IMG/VR virus record: IMGVR_UViG_3300036861_000985
Span: 1 to 55,798 of that record
Origin: a virus
Lineage: Duplodnaviria; Caudoviricetes
Length of the DNA stretch: 55,798 nucleotides
Reading direction: 5' to 3' (one strand)
In this document: piece after piece, positions 9,092 through 18,609 of the stretch
Layout of the letters: each line of letters opens with the position of its first letter
Numbering within the stretch: position 1 is the first letter of the stretch
The notes under the pieces: model-generated
Database searches by the model: none
The model's input: the letters and a program-made list of their open reading frames with translations, nothing else
What the model was told of the DNA's origin: nothing
Made by a program: the position numbers and the translations under genes

Positions 9092-9240
9092 CCCTGTTCC
9101 TCCGTCGCGCATAGACCGAAGCGCCGCTTCTGTCCGCGACAGTCCTTCGCACACCTTGCACCGGTAACCACCTGCATGTGCCGGGTCCGGCTCCATCTGA
9201 TGAGGGCCACCGGTTGTACACCACTCGTTCACACGCTCTG

Positions 9241-9732
9241 TCATGCCTGTTCTGTTTCTTCGATAGCGCGCCGGAGAAGACCGCTGACGTGCGCGACGCG
9301 CGTCTCGGCGCAGTTGCACGACGACGATAGCGTATCTTCGAGCCCGCACCTGGGGTTCATCGCATCGTGGCCGTTGTAGAGCTTTTTCTCGGCCGCGACG
9401 ACGCTGCCTATGAGCTTCGCAAGCTTCCGCTGGACGACATCGCGCTCATGCGTCGCGATGTCCCGTTCCGCCGCCATGATCGAACCCGCGACGATCGCGA
9501 CGACCTGATCGTCCCTGGCCGACTCTGCCTTCTGTAGCCGCGTGACTTCGGCGCGAGCCGCGTCCATCCCGGAGAGCGCCGAACGAAGCGCGTCCTCCAA
9601 CCCCGGGCCGTACACAGCCTCGAGCCCACGTTCCCGGTAGGCATCGAGCTTGCGCAGCGCCTCCCGAGCCTCGGCCTCCCATTCCTCGGTCTTCTCCATC
9701 GTCTTCACCTCACGCGACTCGCTCGCAATCAT
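9241..9732 (-). CDS. Hypothetical coiled-coil protein
   Basis: ORF track; ATGA overlaps. Confidence 0.55.
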   Translation of the reverse strand: MIASESREVKTMEKTEEWEAEAREALRKLDAYRERGLEAVYGPGLEDALRSALSGMDAARAEVTRLQKAESARDDQVVAIVAGSIMAAERDIATHERDVVQRKLAKLIGSVVAAEKKLYNGHDAMNPRCGLEDTLSSSCNCAETRVAHVSGLLRRAIEETEQA

Positions 9733-10211
9733 TCGTCCCGCTCGCACGAGCAGCCGCGATCGTTGGACCCGCAGTGTCGGCAGAACTGCGCCATCACGTA
9801 CAGCCGTTCGTCATTCGACAACATTCTCATGCCGCGCAGCGCAGCCGTCACTCTCTGCGGACGAGCACGAACCACGTTCCCGCTCTTGTTCCTGATCTCG
9901 ATCGCGTAACGCCTGGCGAGATTGCAGACCGTCTCGTAGACGAATCCAAGCTCACGGGCGATCTCTCGACGTGTCTTCCCTTCTTCGGCGAGACGCCTGA
10001 TGTCGGCTATGGACTGCGACGGCAGCTTGCCCGGCACTCCCGACACTCGAATCGTCACGCCGTTCGCCACGAGCAGCGCTCTGACCCGCTTCGCATCGAG
10101 GCGCATTCTGTCCGCGATCTTGTCGAGCGATTCGCCACCGACGTACGCATCTACGATCTCGCCCGTGCGGCGCTCTATCTGCGCCTTCATCCGCTCGACG
10201 TCGCTCATCAT
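9729..10211 (-). CDS. Tandem-HTH DNA-binding protein
   Basis: GESLDKIADRMRLDAKRVRALL and GKTRREIARELGFVYETV; C-terminal FCRHCGS...CSC. Confidence 0.65.
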   Translation of the reverse strand: MMSDVERMKAQIERRTGEIVDAYVGGESLDKIADRMRLDAKRVRALLVANGVTIRVSGVPGKLPSQSIADIRRLAEEGKTRREIARELGFVYETVCNLARRYAIEIRNKSGNVVRARPQRVTAALRGMRMLSNDERLYVMAQFCRHCGSNDRGCSCERDE

Positions 10212-10822
10212 AGCCGCGCGATCGCTCGCACGAGGTTCCGGCGTGCCTGCTCTTCGAACCGCTCGTACATGACGGGCGTCCAGAAGATAAACTTCCGTTG
10301 GGCGAACTCTTGAAGGATGCGTCGCCGTCCATTGCGGAACGCGTCCTTCTCCACGAACGCGTACTCGTGCCGGATCTGCTCTTCGTACTTCTCGAACGTC
10401 GCCTCGTCGGCGCCGAGGATCGAGAGATCGATGTCGAGCACGAGCTGCTCGTCCGCCGTCTCGGCTTTCCCGTGTGACTCCGTCGCGAGGATCATCCTCG
10501 CGATGCGCATGTGCGCCTCGCCGGCCGCTCCCATCTTCGACAGATCTCGACGTGCGAGATCGGCGCTGCTCAGCTCGTTGTCGCGATGCCCGGGGCGATA
10601 GACCGCATCGTGATAGAGCAACGCCGCCATCACCTCGGCCGGCCGCTCTGCGTGCGCGTGTCCGATGCCGTCGAACAACGCGAGACACGCGTCGATGTGC
10701 GCCACCGTGTGGTAGTAGCGATGCAGCTCGTTGTACCTGTTGACGAGGTTCTCGAGCGCGACCTCGTCGCACCCGATACCGAGCCCGAAGCACATCTCAC
10801 GGAAGTGCGACGCGATCGTCAT
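10208..10822 (-). CDS. Metal-dependent HD-superfamily phosphohydrolase (COG4339-like)
   Basis: RYYHTVAHI, ALLYHDAVY, NELSSA, LDIDLSILG, IRHEY. Confidence 0.88.
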   Translation of the reverse strand: MTIASHFREMCFGLGIGCDEVALENLVNRYNELHRYYHTVAHIDACLALFDGIGHAHAERPAEVMAALLYHDAVYRPGHRDNELSSADLARRDLSKMGAAGEAHMRIARMILATESHGKAETADEQLVLDIDLSILGADEATFEKYEEQIRHEYAFVEKDAFRNGRRRILQEFAQRKFIFWTPVMYERFEEQARRNLVRAIARL

Positions 10823-11157
10823 GCGAGCCAGACGGTGGTCTTCGCGTGCTCGATGAAGTCGGCCGGCGGCTTCACGCTGTGCATCGTGATGTAGTGCGCG
10901 AGCCCCTCCGGCCACACGTACGTGCCGTCGGTGAAGTCGCGACTGCCGGTCGAGACACCGCACACACGACAGGCGGACGGGCCCTTGTACTGCGCGTGCA
11001 CCTTGCCGTGCTGCAAGTGGTTGAGCACCGTGATCCGCTCTCGGTACTGCCACGACGGGTCCACCGTCGTTTCGACACGCGGGTACTTGTCGTTCTCGGG
11101 ACCGTTGCCTGCCCAGAACCCGACCTCGCGCAGCCCCTTGTTGTGCGCGTAGCTCAT
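10819..11157 (-). CDS. Hypothetical protein (CxxC, WPEGLAHY motif)
   Basis: YKGPSACRVCG...DGTYVWPEGLAHYITMH. Confidence 0.7.
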   Translation of the reverse strand: MSYAHNKGLREVGFWAGNGPENDKYPRVETTVDPSWQYRERITVLNHLQHGKVHAQYKGPSACRVCGVSTGSRDFTDGTYVWPEGLAHYITMHSVKPPADFIEHAKTTVWLA

Positions 11158-11353
11158 CGCTGCTGCGCTCGCTTCTCCGTCTGCCGGATGTACATCGCGA
11201 CAGCGTTCTCGATGGCTGCCTCGCTTGATCCGGCGTCTCGCCTTGCGAGTAGATGTCGAGAGCCGGACACCACGACACCCAGAGCCCGAGCACATCGGCG
11301 CTCTGCCAGACACGTGCCTCTAGCTGCACTTCCATGACCCGCGTGATCGCCAT
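11154..11353 (-). pseudogene. HicB-like antitoxin-fold gene with an apparent 1-nt frameshift
   Basis: WVSWCPALDIYSQGETPDQA continues in another frame as EAAIENAVAMYI...; the span is 200 nt, not a multiple of 3. Confidence 0.6.
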
Positions 11354-11670
11354 CAGCGCGCTCCCTTCTCCACGAGTTGCTCCGTGATCTCCTCGTCGCG
11401 CTTGCGCCAGTACGCTTCGGCGCGCCGCACCAGTTCCACGACGTCGATCTCGAGCGCCTCGGCCATCATCTCCGCGTGCGCCGCCGGCATGGTCTGGCTC
11501 GATTCGCCGCTGCCCGGCTGGTGCCAGATCGCCGAAGCTGCCGCGGACTTCTGCCACACGCCGTCGCCGAGCGCGTGTTGTACGTAGAGCCGCATGCGGC
11601 CCCGGCTCAGCGCCGGTGACTCGGCGACAATGTCGACCTCGGTCCGCTCGCGGTAGATCGTGAGGCTCAC
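11353..11670 (-). CDS. Hypothetical protein
   Basis: GTGA overlap with GGAGG RBS. Confidence 0.55.
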   Translation of the reverse strand: MSLTIYRERTEVDIVAESPALSRGRMRLYVQHALGDGVWQKSAAASAIWHQPGSGESSQTMPAAHAEMMAEALEIDVVELVRRAEAYWRKRDEEITEQLVEKGAR

Positions 11671-12032
11671 GATTCCTCCCGACCGAGCACGGCGCTGTCG
11701 ACGGCGATCCCGTCCTCGACCAGGATCCCGCTGATCTGCATCCCAACGAACTTCACGTCGTTCTGCGTCGCCGTCATACGGGCAACCGCCACGATCGGCT
11801 CCGATGTCCAGATTCGCTCCGAACTGAAATCCCGAATCTCGCGACCGCCCACGCTGACCAACCACTGAAACCCACCAGACGGAGCCACTGCGACGCCATC
11901 TGCATGCACGACGAAGAACGAGATGTCCTTGATGACGATCGCGTGCCCCATCGCCTCGATCGTAGCGATCGGAATGCTTGCGGATCCCTCCGAGCACTTT
12001 GCGAAGTACGTTCGTCTGAACATGATCGTCAC
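11667..12032 (-). CDS. Hypothetical protein
   Basis: GTGA overlap with the Thg1 stop. Confidence 0.5.
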   Translation of the reverse strand: MTIMFRRTYFAKCSEGSASIPIATIEAMGHAIVIKDISFFVVHADGVAVAPSGGFQWLVSVGGREIRDFSSERIWTSEPIVAVARMTATQNDVKFVGMQISGILVEDGIAVDSAVLGREES

Positions 12033-12877
12033 GCCGACCTCGACGGTGGCATGGACACCGTGACGCTCTCCGGCCCCGACACCACCGGCGCGCATCCTCG
12101 GAAGAGCGCGCCCGACCGGTTGATGATCGACGCGAGCGGCGGCAGCTCGATGACTTCCACACGCGAGCGCTCGACCAGGAGGTCCGGGTTCGTACGCGCA
12201 CGGTGCTTCTCGGGGAGCGCAGCGATCTCTTCGGCCGTGAACGGCTCCGACGTAGTAACACGGCGCACGTACGTGCCGCGCTTGAACGCCGCCGGGTACT
12301 CGCTCCAGTTGATGCCGTGCTCTTGGAAGAGCATCTCCTGCATCTCCTTGCCGTTCTTGCCCTGTAGCCGCGCGTGCGAGAACTTCGACTGCGCCGCCAT
12401 CGAGATCGAGTTCTTCGTCGCGTCCCACTCGCGCCACATGACGCAGTTGGCTGCTTCTTCCAAGCTCGGCACGTTCCAGACGCGGCAGTCGAACGTCGGG
12501 CACTCGCCGGCCTTCACCGCAAGCGCGCTGTCTCGAAGGAGCGCGTTGAAGTGCACGGACGCGAACGCGGCGAGCGCCGACGTCATCTTCTGGATGCGGC
12601 CGTCGAAGTACGTCTGCGATTCCGGGTCGTCCGTGTACATGACGAGCGTGATCTCGTCCGACTGCGTGTACCCTAGGCGCGCATTGCACTCGCGGACCAG
12701 GAGCGCGGTCAGCTCGCGCATCAGCTGCATCAGGTGCAAGTCGTACGGGCGCGGCAGGTCACGCGTGAACGTGTGGAAGTTCCGCCCGTCGAGACGAGCG
12801 ATTACCGGAAGGAGCGGCATCAGCCGGCGCTGCGCCTCCACGCCCTCGTACATCTTCATGCGATCGCCGAGGTCCAC
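12029..12877 (-). CDS. tRNA(His) guanylyltransferase Thg1-like 3'-5' polymerase
   Basis: LGDRMK.YE, ARLDGRNFHTFT, GYTQSDEITL, FDGRIQK, FDCRV, WRE.DA..NS; the likely GTG start lies 6 nt after the -10 box. Confidence 0.93.
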   Translation of the reverse strand: MDLGDRMKMYEGVEAQRRLMPLLPVIARLDGRNFHTFTRDLPRPYDLHLMQLMRELTALLVRECNARLGYTQSDEITLVMYTDDPESQTYFDGRIQKMTSALAAFASVHFNALLRDSALAVKAGECPTFDCRVWNVPSLEEAANCVMWREWDATKNSISMAAQSKFSHARLQGKNGKEMQEMLFQEHGINWSEYPAAFKRGTYVRRVTTSEPFTAEEIAALPEKHRARTNPDLLVERSRVEVIELPPLASIINRSGALFRGCAPVVSGPESVTVSMPPSRSA

Positions 12878-12883
12878 GGCCGA

Positions 12884-12912
12884 CACGTACTACGTGTCGG
12901 ACAGGTTGTCAA
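12884..12912 (-). promoter_or_regulatory. Operator-containing promoter (TTGACA-17-TACGTG) for Thg1
   Basis: TTGACAACCTGTCCGACAC within the 3' end of the SNF2 gene. Confidence 0.7.
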
Positions 12913-14638
12913 TCGCGACCTCTGACGCGTCCTCGTCGCCATCCTTCTGCCGCGCGGCGAGCACGGACTCGGCCAGCCGGCGGATGCCGTCCTCCGGAGC
13001 CGCGCCGACCTGCTCAGTCAGCTCGGCTTCGGGATCGCGGACGCCCTCGATCTGCGCCTTCTTGAGCCCCAGCACGTCGGCGATGACGGGATCGGACCCC
13101 TCGTCGGCGATCAAGAAGTACGCAGCCACGGGATCCGTCTGCCCGTCGCGGAACGCGCGTCCGATGCACTGCTCCATGACGCCTGGCGACCAGTCCAGCT
13201 CGCCGAACACGACCGTGCGGCACGACTTCTGAATCCCGTCGATCCCTTGTCCTGCGCGCAAGCTCATGATGAGCACCTGCGCGTCACCTTCGATGAACGC
13301 TTTCAGCGCCTGGTCCTTCTGCGCGACACTCTCCTGGCCCGTGTAGAGCACCGAGCGCGTGTCCTCCGCGAACCGCTCCATCCACACGCTGTACACAGCG
13401 TGATGCCATCCGTAGAGCAGCACCTTCTCGCCCGCCTCGACGAGCATCTTGACGAACTCGGCGACGTAGGGCGCCTTCGCGATCCCCGTCGCCTGCCGCA
13501 TCTTCCAGTCCAGCTCGCCGCCGGCCTTCATGCGGTCGAACGACGTTCCCGAGCGCGCGACGATCATCTTCGCGAGCGCCATCACGCCGCTCTTCGCGTC
13601 GTCGAGCGCCTTCGTGTCCGAGTCGACGTAGTGCGAGATCTTGGAGAGCCGGGGCAGTTCGCGTCCGGCGTCACGACGCGTACGCCGGATCATCAGCCCC
13701 GCGTCTCGCACGAACGCACCGAACGCCTTCGGGTCGTCGATCCGTCCACGCCCGTTCTGATCAAGCACGCCGCGGCACCACTCGCGCACGAACTCGCTCT
13801 TCGAGCCTAGCGAGTCGGGCTGGATGACTGAGAGCACGTTGTAGAACTCCGAGCCGTAGCCGTAGATCGGCGTCGCGCTCAGCCCCATGCGGTACTTCGC
13901 ACCAGTCGCGATGTGCTGCGCCGCTTCGTACTTCGCCGACGCGTCTCGACGCAGCTCCTGCGCTTCGTCGAACACGACCGCCTTCATCACGCCGCCGAGC
14001 GACTGCGCCCACCCGTTGAGCTTGTGGTAGTTCACGATCAGCACGTCCGGGAACTTGCCCGCCTTGTTCCTGACGTCGTACGGCGAGCCCTTCTTGATGA
14101 TGTGCGTTCGGAGCGACGGCGCGAACTTCTTGATCTCGCGATCCCACTGCTTCGGCAGGTGGGTCAGCGTCACGACGAGCGCCGGCCGTGTCCGCTTGTC
14201 GGTGAGCATGCAGATCGCCGTCACGGTCTTGCCCAGGCCGAGGTCGTCAGCCACGAGCAGCCCGCCCATCCGCAGCGCCAGGTCGGCGGCGACCTTCTGG
14301 TACTCGCGCGGCGGCAGGGCCAACTCGAAGTCGCGCGGCTCGAGCTTGCCGGTAAGGATCCCGTCGAAGACGCGCGAGCGCTCGTCGTAGAGGCGCGAGC
14401 CCTCGGCCAGTCGCGCCCAGTCGCGCGCGGTGATCACGAGCGGGTAGCGATCCAAGATCCAGAAGAGGTCCCGCCGCACCTCGTCCGAGTCCTTGATCGT
14501 CACGACGCCTACGCGCTCGGCGGCGACGCGCGGGAAGAGCCGCTTCACGCGGATCAGCACATGCGGCTCGGCTTTCAGCCGCCACGTTCCGCTCTCTTCG
14601 GCGAGAGCCAACTCCCCGTAGAGACGCTTCGCTGTCAC
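12890..14638 (-). CDS. SNF2-family (SWI2/SNF2) helicase/translocase
   Basis: ADDLGLGKT, DEAQ, LSATP, IRRT, GIDG, DWSPG..EQCIGR..RDGQ. Confidence 0.92.
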   Translation of the reverse strand: MTAKRLYGELALAEESGTWRLKAEPHVLIRVKRLFPRVAAERVGVVTIKDSDEVRRDLFWILDRYPLVITARDWARLAEGSRLYDERSRVFDGILTGKLEPRDFELALPPREYQKVAADLALRMGGLLVADDLGLGKTVTAICMLTDKRTRPALVVTLTHLPKQWDREIKKFAPSLRTHIIKKGSPYDVRNKAGKFPDVLIVNYHKLNGWAQSLGGVMKAVVFDEAQELRRDASAKYEAAQHIATGAKYRMGLSATPIYGYGSEFYNVLSVIQPDSLGSKSEFVREWCRGVLDQNGRGRIDDPKAFGAFVRDAGLMIRRTRRDAGRELPRLSKISHYVDSDTKALDDAKSGVMALAKMIVARSGTSFDRMKAGGELDWKMRQATGIAKAPYVAEFVKMLVEAGEKVLLYGWHHAVYSVWMERFAEDTRSVLYTGQESVAQKDQALKAFIEGDAQVLIMSLRAGQGIDGIQKSCRTVVFGELDWSPGVMEQCIGRAFRDGQTDPVAAYFLIADEGSDPVIADVLGLKKAQIEGVRDPEAELTEQVGAAPEDGIRRLAESVLAARQKDGDEDASEVAIDNLSDT

Positions 14639-14641
14639 GAG

Positions 14642-14995
14642 TCAGAAGGCGCTGTCGAAGAGATGGACGACCACGATCTTCTTTCCCTCCAACTCGGTGG
14701 GAAGGTCGCGATGCGTCGACCGAGTCGTCACGACGATGAGCGAGGTCACGCGCTCTTGCTTCAAGTACCGGAGCACCTGGTAGCCCAGCTCAGACACGCT
14801 GCCGCCCATCTTCACTTCGATCCCGATACCACCGTCGAGAAGAAAGTCGATGCGCGAGGCCTTGGACAGCACCACCTCGCGCTCGAAGGCGACGCCGTAG
14901 GACGAGAGCAGCGTCGCGATCCCGCGCTGCAAGTCGTCCTCCGACGAGTAGCGGAACCGGGTGCCGCGCAGGAGCTTGACGACGTCGTCTATCAC
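14642..14995 (-). CDS. PD-(D/E)XK nuclease-like protein
   Basis: E..LQ, FEREV, RIDFLL..GIGIEVK, QVLRY. Confidence 0.75.
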   Translation of the reverse strand: MIDDVVKLLRGTRFRYSSEDDLQRGIATLLSSYGVAFEREVVLSKASRIDFLLDGGIGIEVKMGGSVSELGYQVLRYLKQERVTSLIVVTTRSTHRDLPTELEGKKIVVVHLFDSAF

Positions 14996-15345
14996 GTGCC
15001 TCCGTCCTTCCACGGAACGGGACCGCTCGGCGACAGCAGCTCGCCATGACGCTCCTCTTCGAACGGCACCACGCGCACGAGCTTCGTCCACACCAGGTCG
15101 CCGCAGTATCGTCCCCTCGTGGCCTTCTCGGACGGCTCACGCTTCCGGGTCAGCGTCCACATCTGGATGACGTCCTGGACGTTGTGCGCCCGGAACCGCT
15201 CGGCGAAGTACTGCTGGTGGGTGCGCGGGGTAGCCATCGATCCGTAGTCAGTCACCTGAGTCCAGATCGCGACGTACTCGCGCACCGGTGTCGCAAGCGC
15301 GGCAGCACGGAGAGCCTCGACCAGCTCTTCGACGGACGCGGCCAT
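14992..15345 (-). CDS. Hypothetical protein
   Basis: ORF track; coupled to neighbours. Confidence 0.5.
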   Translation of the reverse strand: MAASVEELVEALRAAALATPVREYVAIWTQVTDYGSMATPRTHQQYFAERFRAHNVQDVIQMWTLTRKREPSEKATRGRYCGDLVWTKLVRVVPFEEERHGELLSPSGPVPWKDGGT

Positions 15346-15346
15346 G

Positions 15347-15595
15347 CTACGACCGCTTCTTCTTCCGGCGCAGCGGCGTCAGCACCTCTGCGACGAGCGC
15401 TGCGCACGACGGGCACACGATGCGCGTCTCGTGGCTACCGATGACGCTAGTACCAGCCTTGTCCTTCTTGGACGTGGTCGTTTCTACCCGCATCCAGCGA
15501 GGCGGAGGAATGGTGGTGAGAGGCCCTGCTGCCTCCATCTGCATCGCCTCGCCGCACCGATCGCAGGTGCACTCCGTGTACGTGTTGATGCTCAT
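15347..15595 (-). CDS. Small zinc-ribbon protein
   Basis: CDRCG...W...CPSC. Confidence 0.6.
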   Translation of the reverse strand: MSINTYTECTCDRCGEAMQMEAAGPLTTIPPPRWMRVETTTSKKDKAGTSVIGSHETRIVCPSCAALVAEVLTPLRRKKKRS

Positions 15596-16590
15596 GCTCT
15601 CGTCCTCCGGGGCATCCACTGCGCTTCCCGCTCGCGGACGCGCCAGTGATTCTCCCTAACCTCTTCGGCATGCGCCGCGCACGCGTGGAACTTCTCGTCG
15701 TCTTCCTCGCGTGCACAACGCGAACAGCCGCACGTGTACGCTGCCTGCGCCGGACAGGCGTCGCACTTGCGTTCGAAGAAACGACGATTTAGGCGCGCGT
15801 CGAGTTCCGTGTAGAGCGTCACGGGATCGCAGCACGAAAGCCCGCTCATCTGCCCGTCGTTCAGCTCGACGACCATCCAGCCACCCTCGGCTTTCTCTGC
15901 AACGTCGACGACGTAGAAGCGGGCCTTGTCGCCGATGCGCGCAATCACTTCGTCGAGAACAGGGCCGCGTCCAGGAAGCACGGGCAGAAGGCCGCGGTCG
16001 AGAAGGTCGCCAACGTGCTCCGCCCAGTAGAAGCCGCCCGTCAAGATCTCGCCGTCGCACACGAAGAATCGGTACTCGTGCGAGATCGGGATCCCACCGA
16101 TGCCCTCGCCGAAGGACCGCAGCGGCACATACGGCCGAGCGTAGATCGTCTGGTCTTGCAGAAGCCCGTCCTCCACGAGCCGGCTGCGCACCGCGATCGC
16201 TTCGGCCTTGCCCTGCGCGAACATGTGCGTGCGCCAGCGCCCCTTGCGGGAGTTCGTCTCGCCCTTGACGACGTACGCCTGATCCTCCAGCAGCGTCTCG
16301 AACCGGTCGATCGCCGGAGGCGTCAGCCCTTCGAGGTCGCGCGACCACTGCGAGATGTCGGCGATGTAGCGATGCTGCGCGAGGTTGTTGATGAGCGCCC
16401 CGCCCGACAGCCGCACATCGGCGTCCAGCTCCTCGTAGTACGGCAGCACCGAGTAGCGGCCGATGACGAGATCGCCCGGACGGACCTGCGTGCGCGACGA
16501 CAGCACGCGGTCCGCCCCAAAGACCGCGAACATCGCGCGAACCTCGGCCTCTTCCGCGAGGGACGAGCGCTGCAGGATTACCGAGCGCAT
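15592..16590 (-). CDS. ATP-grasp domain protein (R2K/DUF4343-like) with C-terminal Cys-rich tail
   Basis: YVVKG..NSRK..W, HEYRFFV, YW, FYVVDVA....GWMVVELNDGQMSG. Confidence 0.8.
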   Translation of the reverse strand: MRSVILQRSSLAEEAEVRAMFAVFGADRVLSSRTQVRPGDLVIGRYSVLPYYEELDADVRLSGGALINNLAQHRYIADISQWSRDLEGLTPPAIDRFETLLEDQAYVVKGETNSRKGRWRTHMFAQGKAEAIAVRSRLVEDGLLQDQTIYARPYVPLRSFGEGIGGIPISHEYRFFVCDGEILTGGFYWAEHVGDLLDRGLLPVLPGRGPVLDEVIARIGDKARFYVVDVAEKAEGGWMVVELNDGQMSGLSCCDPVTLYTELDARLNRRFFERKCDACPAQAAYTCGCSRCAREEDDEKFHACAAHAEEVRENHWRVREREAQWMPRRTRA

Positions 16591-16593
16591 GAC

Positions 16594-17889
16594 CTAGACG
16601 TGGACCTCGGACGTCGAGCGTTCGAGGTCGAAGTGCTTCTCGATGAAGTCGATCACGACCTGCGGATCGATGTCGCGCGAGAAGACGATGTTCGGGCCGT
16701 GCCCGTCGAGCATCACCGCGCCGAGCGGCAGCGTCGCTCCGCCGACGAGACGGATCCCGGCCGCCGCGTTCTGCCCGCACTCGTGCGAGCCGCACTCGAA
16801 GAGACGCTGCGACCGCACGCTCAGCTCCTTCTCAGCACCGGGGCGCACCGGGCAGTGGAAGTGCACGATGCAGTCGAGCCCCGGATGGTCACGAAAGATG
16901 GCTCGCTGTGACTGGCCGCCGACCGACGGCTTCGCTCCGTAGGCGATGACCTCGTCGTCACCCTTCGGCTCGATCACCACGAGCCCCGTCGTGTCCAGCT
17001 CGTTGAAGTTCGAGCGACGGATACTCGTCGCGATCTTCCCGTCCCCCATCTTGAACGCGAAGTGCCCGACCGTCTTCCCCATGAACGGCTTGTACGCTCC
17101 GCGCTCGATGCAGTGGTCCACGACGGTCCGAAGCGACGCCGGCACCGAGCTGCCACGCCAGTCCATCGGGCTGCCCTCCACGACCGTGGACCGCGTGAAG
17201 CGCAGCGCCGACCGCGCGACGGTCATCTCGACCAACTCGCGCAGCGCAGCGCCACGGTCCTTCGTCGCGCTGTACGGCGCCTCTTCGGGCGTGACGATCA
17301 TGTTCAGACGCGTGTGGACGTCGTTCGCGAGCACGAGGTTGCACGAGGCGCCCTTGAGCAGCCTGAGCCCCGCCCGGAACTGCTCCTGCGGCGCGAGCCC
17401 CGACGTCGTCTTGAAGCCGACGAGGAAGATGTCCTTCCGCTCCTTGCGGATGCGTCCGATGAGCTTGTCGGCCGGCGTGAGGCGAAGATCGTGCTTCCCC
17501 AGATCCGTCTTCAGTCGGAGCTGGTCCTTGCCCGACGGCTGCACCGAGCCATCGGCGGCGACGACGCCTGCCGTCCAGTCGCAGAGCGCGACGCTCATGA
17601 AGATCACGTGGCGCGCGTCACGATCCTCGTCGTCGAGCAGATCGCTGATGATGTTGCGGTTGATCGAGTCCCAGACGTCCTCGTTCGTCTCGAGGCTGCT
17701 ACCGGACGACGCCATCTTCGTCAGGTAGAGGTGGGCGATGTCACGGTTGCTCTTCCTCGCGATCATGTCGTCGATGACGAGCCGCTCGATCTGCCGTGCC
17801 GTGTGCCCGTAGGCCGGCGCGGAAATCGCGAGATGAGGCCGCACGTGGAACACCGTGCCGCCGCCGTAGATGTGGAAGATGCGTTTCAT
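16594..17889 (-). CDS. CoaB/DFP-like domain fused to a class II aldolase/adducin-like domain
   Basis: GGGT, FMSVALCDW, FLVGFK, LVLAND in the N-terminal part; GHFA, KPSVG, IVHFH, GHG in the C-terminal part. Confidence 0.72.
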   Translation of the reverse strand: MKRIFHIYGGGTVFHVRPHLAISAPAYGHTARQIERLVIDDMIARKSNRDIAHLYLTKMASSGSSLETNEDVWDSINRNIISDLLDDEDRDARHVIFMSVALCDWTAGVVAADGSVQPSGKDQLRLKTDLGKHDLRLTPADKLIGRIRKERKDIFLVGFKTTSGLAPQEQFRAGLRLLKGASCNLVLANDVHTRLNMIVTPEEAPYSATKDRGAALRELVEMTVARSALRFTRSTVVEGSPMDWRGSSVPASLRTVVDHCIERGAYKPFMGKTVGHFAFKMGDGKIATSIRRSNFNELDTTGLVVIEPKGDDEVIAYGAKPSVGGQSQRAIFRDHPGLDCIVHFHCPVRPGAEKELSVRSQRLFECGSHECGQNAAAGIRLVGGATLPLGAVMLDGHGPNIVFSRDIDPQVVIDFIEKHFDLERSTSEVHV

Positions 17890-17911
17890 GTGATCTCCTT
17901 GATCGTGGGCA

Positions 17912-18274
17912 TCACGCCGCTCTCCGAGCCTCGATGCGAACACGGAGAGCGGCGAGCGCGTCGAGCACCTTCCGAAACTGCCGCTCCTTGCATCGGGAGA
18001 AAACGTGATCGTCGTCGAAGGAGTCGACGAAGACGTGCGTGGCACCGCGTGCCGCGGCCTTCATGTACTCGACGGCACGCTCATAGAGCTTCGCGGCGCG
18101 GTGTTCGTCGTTCTCCCAGGTGACGTACGTACGATGGAACTCGTCGAGCCGCCGCAGCTCAGCGCCGCGCTTCGCCCACTTCGCCTCGATGTGAAGACGG
18201 TACTCCGTCGCGGCACGGTATGCAGCGACCGCATCCGTCAAGAGATCCGTGTCGAGCGGAGGCAGGCGCGTCAT
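17912..18274 (-). CDS. Hypothetical protein
   Basis: ATGA overlap; helical composition. Confidence 0.55.
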   Translation of the reverse strand: MTRLPPLDTDLLTDAVAAYRAATEYRLHIEAKWAKRGAELRRLDEFHRTYVTWENDEHRAAKLYERAVEYMKAAARGATHVFVDSFDDDHVFSRCKERQFRKVLDALAALRVRIEARRAA

Positions 18275-18609
18275 TCTTGCGAGTCCCGATGCTGCTGTTG
18301 CCGCTTGATGTCGATGCCGATCGCGTCGCCGATGATGCGCAGGAACGGCCACGGGCCGTGCGGACATCCTGCGTAGACCTCACCAGCGAGGAAAATGTCG
18401 CGGCACACCGGGCACACGATGCACGGTACGAGCGGAACGTTCCGGCCTTCACGAAACACGATGCAGTCAGCGTTCAGACGCAACACGGAGCCGCAGAAAC
18501 AGGTAAACGTGACGTCCGGGATCGGGCCGAGCCCATTTCGTGCGTCACTCACCACGACCGGAGAAGGCTCGCGGAGCAGCCATCGTTTCAGCGTGCGGAG
18601 CATCGTCAT
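18271..18609 (-). CDS. Cys-rich hypothetical protein
   Basis: CFCG...CIVCPVC. Confidence 0.5.
   Translation of the reverse strand: MTMLRTLKRWLLREPSPVVVSDARNGLGPIPDVTFTCFCGSVLRLNADCIVFREGRNVPLVPCIVCPVCRDIFLAGEVYAGCPHGPWPFLRIIGDAIGIDIKRQQQHRDSQE

Noticed and set aside
10208-11746. 512-aa HicB-HD fusion in the ORF track
   Set aside because: The middle section is out-of-frame sequence over the real 10819-11157 gene, and the HD gene has its own coupled start at 10822.
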